Assembly: GCA_965202985.1 (NCBI GenBank)
Contig: CBDBCF010000001.1
Span: forward strand, 2,208,001-2,272,000
From: Longimicrobiales bacterium
GTDB taxonomy: Bacteria > Gemmatimonadota > Gemmatimonadetes > Longimicrobiales > Gaopeijiaceae
DNA length: 64,000 nt
Direction of reading: 5' to 3'
How positions within the stretch are numbered: the first letter of the stretch is position 1; every line of letters begins with the position of its first letter. Positions 62,542 through 64,000 of this stretch are shown here, piece after piece. The translations under genes and the position numbers were made by a program. The notes under the pieces were generated by a model that did not search any database, was not told where the DNA came from, and saw only the letters and a list, made by a program, of their open reading frames with translations.

Positions 62542-64000
62542 TCAACGATACCGGGGCCGCACCGGCTCGGCAACGGACGGACTTCGCGACAATCGATTGC
62601 CCAGCAGCGATTCCAGTACGAGCAGGACGAAGGCGGCGACGGCCAAGTATCGCCAGAAGGACTGGCGCGCCTCGAAGGCTTCGCCGGCGACGGCTTCGGG
62701 GCCGCTGTCGGTCTCGCCGTCGGCGGAGGTCGGCGGGGTCGAGGCGTCGTTGCCGGGCGTCCCGCCCACGGCGGCCGCAAACTCCGCCAAGTCCAACGGT
62801 TGCAGGTCCGACTCCGCCAAGTCCACGTTGGCGGCCAGCGCGAAGGGGCGGTCGGGGCGCTCGCCGGGGGGGCGGACTTCCCAGATGCCGCGGGCGGACA
62901 GGGTGAGCAGGGGCGCGTCGGGGTCCAGGGCGACGGCGCCGCCGTGAGGGTCCATGGCCACGGCGTCCAGGGAGACCGGCGGTGCGTCGGCGCTCGCGGG
63001 CAGGTCCGCCGCCTCTGCCAGCTGGGCCAGGTTCACGGTGGCGCCGGCGCGGTGCCAGGCCGGAAGCTCGCCTTGGCCTCCCAGGTGCTGGGCAAGTCTG
63101 TGGACGAACGGCAGGTACACCGAATGCAGGGGCAGATCGTTCCACAGGCGGTCCATGCCCGTGGCCCAGATCAGGACGAGGCCCTTGTCGCGCAGGCCTT
63201 CCACCAGCGCTGGGGCGCCGTCGTCGAAGCGCGCCAGCACGCGGCCGTCCGTGGGTGCCAAGCTGCGGGCGCGGAAGAAGGCGGCTCGCGAGAAGTCTCC
63301 CGAGCGCGCGCCGTGGAACGCCTCGAACACGGGGTGGTCGTAGTCTACGAACCCCAGGCGGCGAGGCTGGCCCGGCAAGCCCGAGGTCGGGCCGACGGCG
63401 GCGGGCAGGAAGTCGGCGTGCGCCGCCGCCGTCCGGCTTCGCTCGCCCAGGACGATTAGCAGGCCGCCGCCGTCCTCCACGAACGTCCGCAGACGGTCGC
63501 CGGCGCCGCCGCCCGGGAACCCGCCGCCGTTCAGGATCACCAGGTCCGTTCCTTCCAGGTCGGCGGCGCCGGGCGCGCCGCGGATCACCCGAACGTCGAA
63601 CCCAACCCCTTCCGCGATCCCCAAGGCCTGTCGCAGGTGCACGTTGGATTCGCCGCTTCCCAGAGGGTCCGCCACCACGACGCGGACGCCTCCGCCGGGC
63701 GAGGCCACGAAGTACACGACGTTGTCGGACTGCAAGGCGGCATCGGCAACGCGCACTTCGCCCCGCGTGAAGGGACGGGTCAAGGTGAACGGGCGGAACG
63801 CGACCGGCGCCGAGCCGGCGGGCGGAACGACGACGGTCGCGCGCTCCACCTCCGAATCGTCCACCCACAAGGCGACTTCGGCGGAGATGCCCGACGAGGA
63901 GGCGGGGGCCGGCGAAGGGGTGGAAGCGACCGATGCGGCGGAGGTGGCCGAGGATGCGGAGGCGGCCGATGCGGCTATTGTCGCGCCCGTGGCCAGTGTC
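62542..64000 (-). CDS. BatA/vWA-associated membrane protein, C-terminal part (5'-truncated by the window)
   Basis: Frame is open to the window edge; DAALQSDN, FVEDGGGLLI, HPVF, WNDLP...YLPFV, ESDL, FWRYL...ESLL. Confidence 0.7.
   Translation of the reverse strand, partial: TLATGATIAASAASASSATSAASVASTPSPAPASSSGISAEVALWVDDSEVERATVVVPPAGSAPVAFRPFTLTRPFTRGEVRVADAALQSDNVVYFVASPGGGVRVVVADPLGSGESNVHLRQALGIAEGVGFDVRVIRGAPGAADLEGTDLVILNGGGFPGGGAGDRLRTFVEDGGGLLIVLGERSRTAAAHADFLPAAVGPTSGLPGQPRRLGFVDYDHPVFEAFHGARSGDFSRAAFFRARSLAPTDGRVLARFDDGAPALVEGLRDKGLVLIWATGMDRLWNDLPLHSVYLPFVHRLAQHLGGQGELPAWHRAGATVNLAQLAEAADLPASADAPPVSLDAVAMDPHGGAVALDPDAPLLTLSARGIWEVRPPGERPDRPFALAANVDLAESDLQPLDLAEFAAAVGGTPGNDASTPPTSADGETDSGPEAVAGEAFEARQSFWRYLAVAAFVLLVLESLLGNRLSRSPSVAEPVRPRYR

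Overview
High-GC bacterial chromosomal segment. The gene content suggests Gemmatimonadota, possibly a marine or host-associated lineage (inference). A housekeeping core (AddAB-like helicase/nuclease, gyrB-dciA-recF, ssb, infA, tRNA-Asn, queG) is mixed with catabolic and surface genes (SSS symporter, GH2, GH109, SusC/SusD pair, S1, M14 and HExxH peptidases, RCC1/Ig lipoprotein, NamZ). Two DNA-modification insertions are present: an Eco29kI-like GIY-YIG endonuclease paired with an HTH-fused SPPY methyltransferase, and an orphan NPPY methyltransferase. The best candidate for an undescribed system is at 48.4-55.1 kb. One operon carries two ECF sigma factors, a ZAS anti-sigma, a membrane-anchored thioredoxin-fold protein, a 63-aa secreted peptide with 8 Cys and a membrane protein. 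It is divergent from an operon of Cys-containing secreted small proteins flanking two tandem beta-propeller paralogs. Next to it, an oxidoreductase cassette is bracketed by two diverged copies of the namZ 3' end. No CRISPR array, rRNA, transposase, integrase or reverse transcriptase was seen. All calls come from motif recognition by eye, not database searches.
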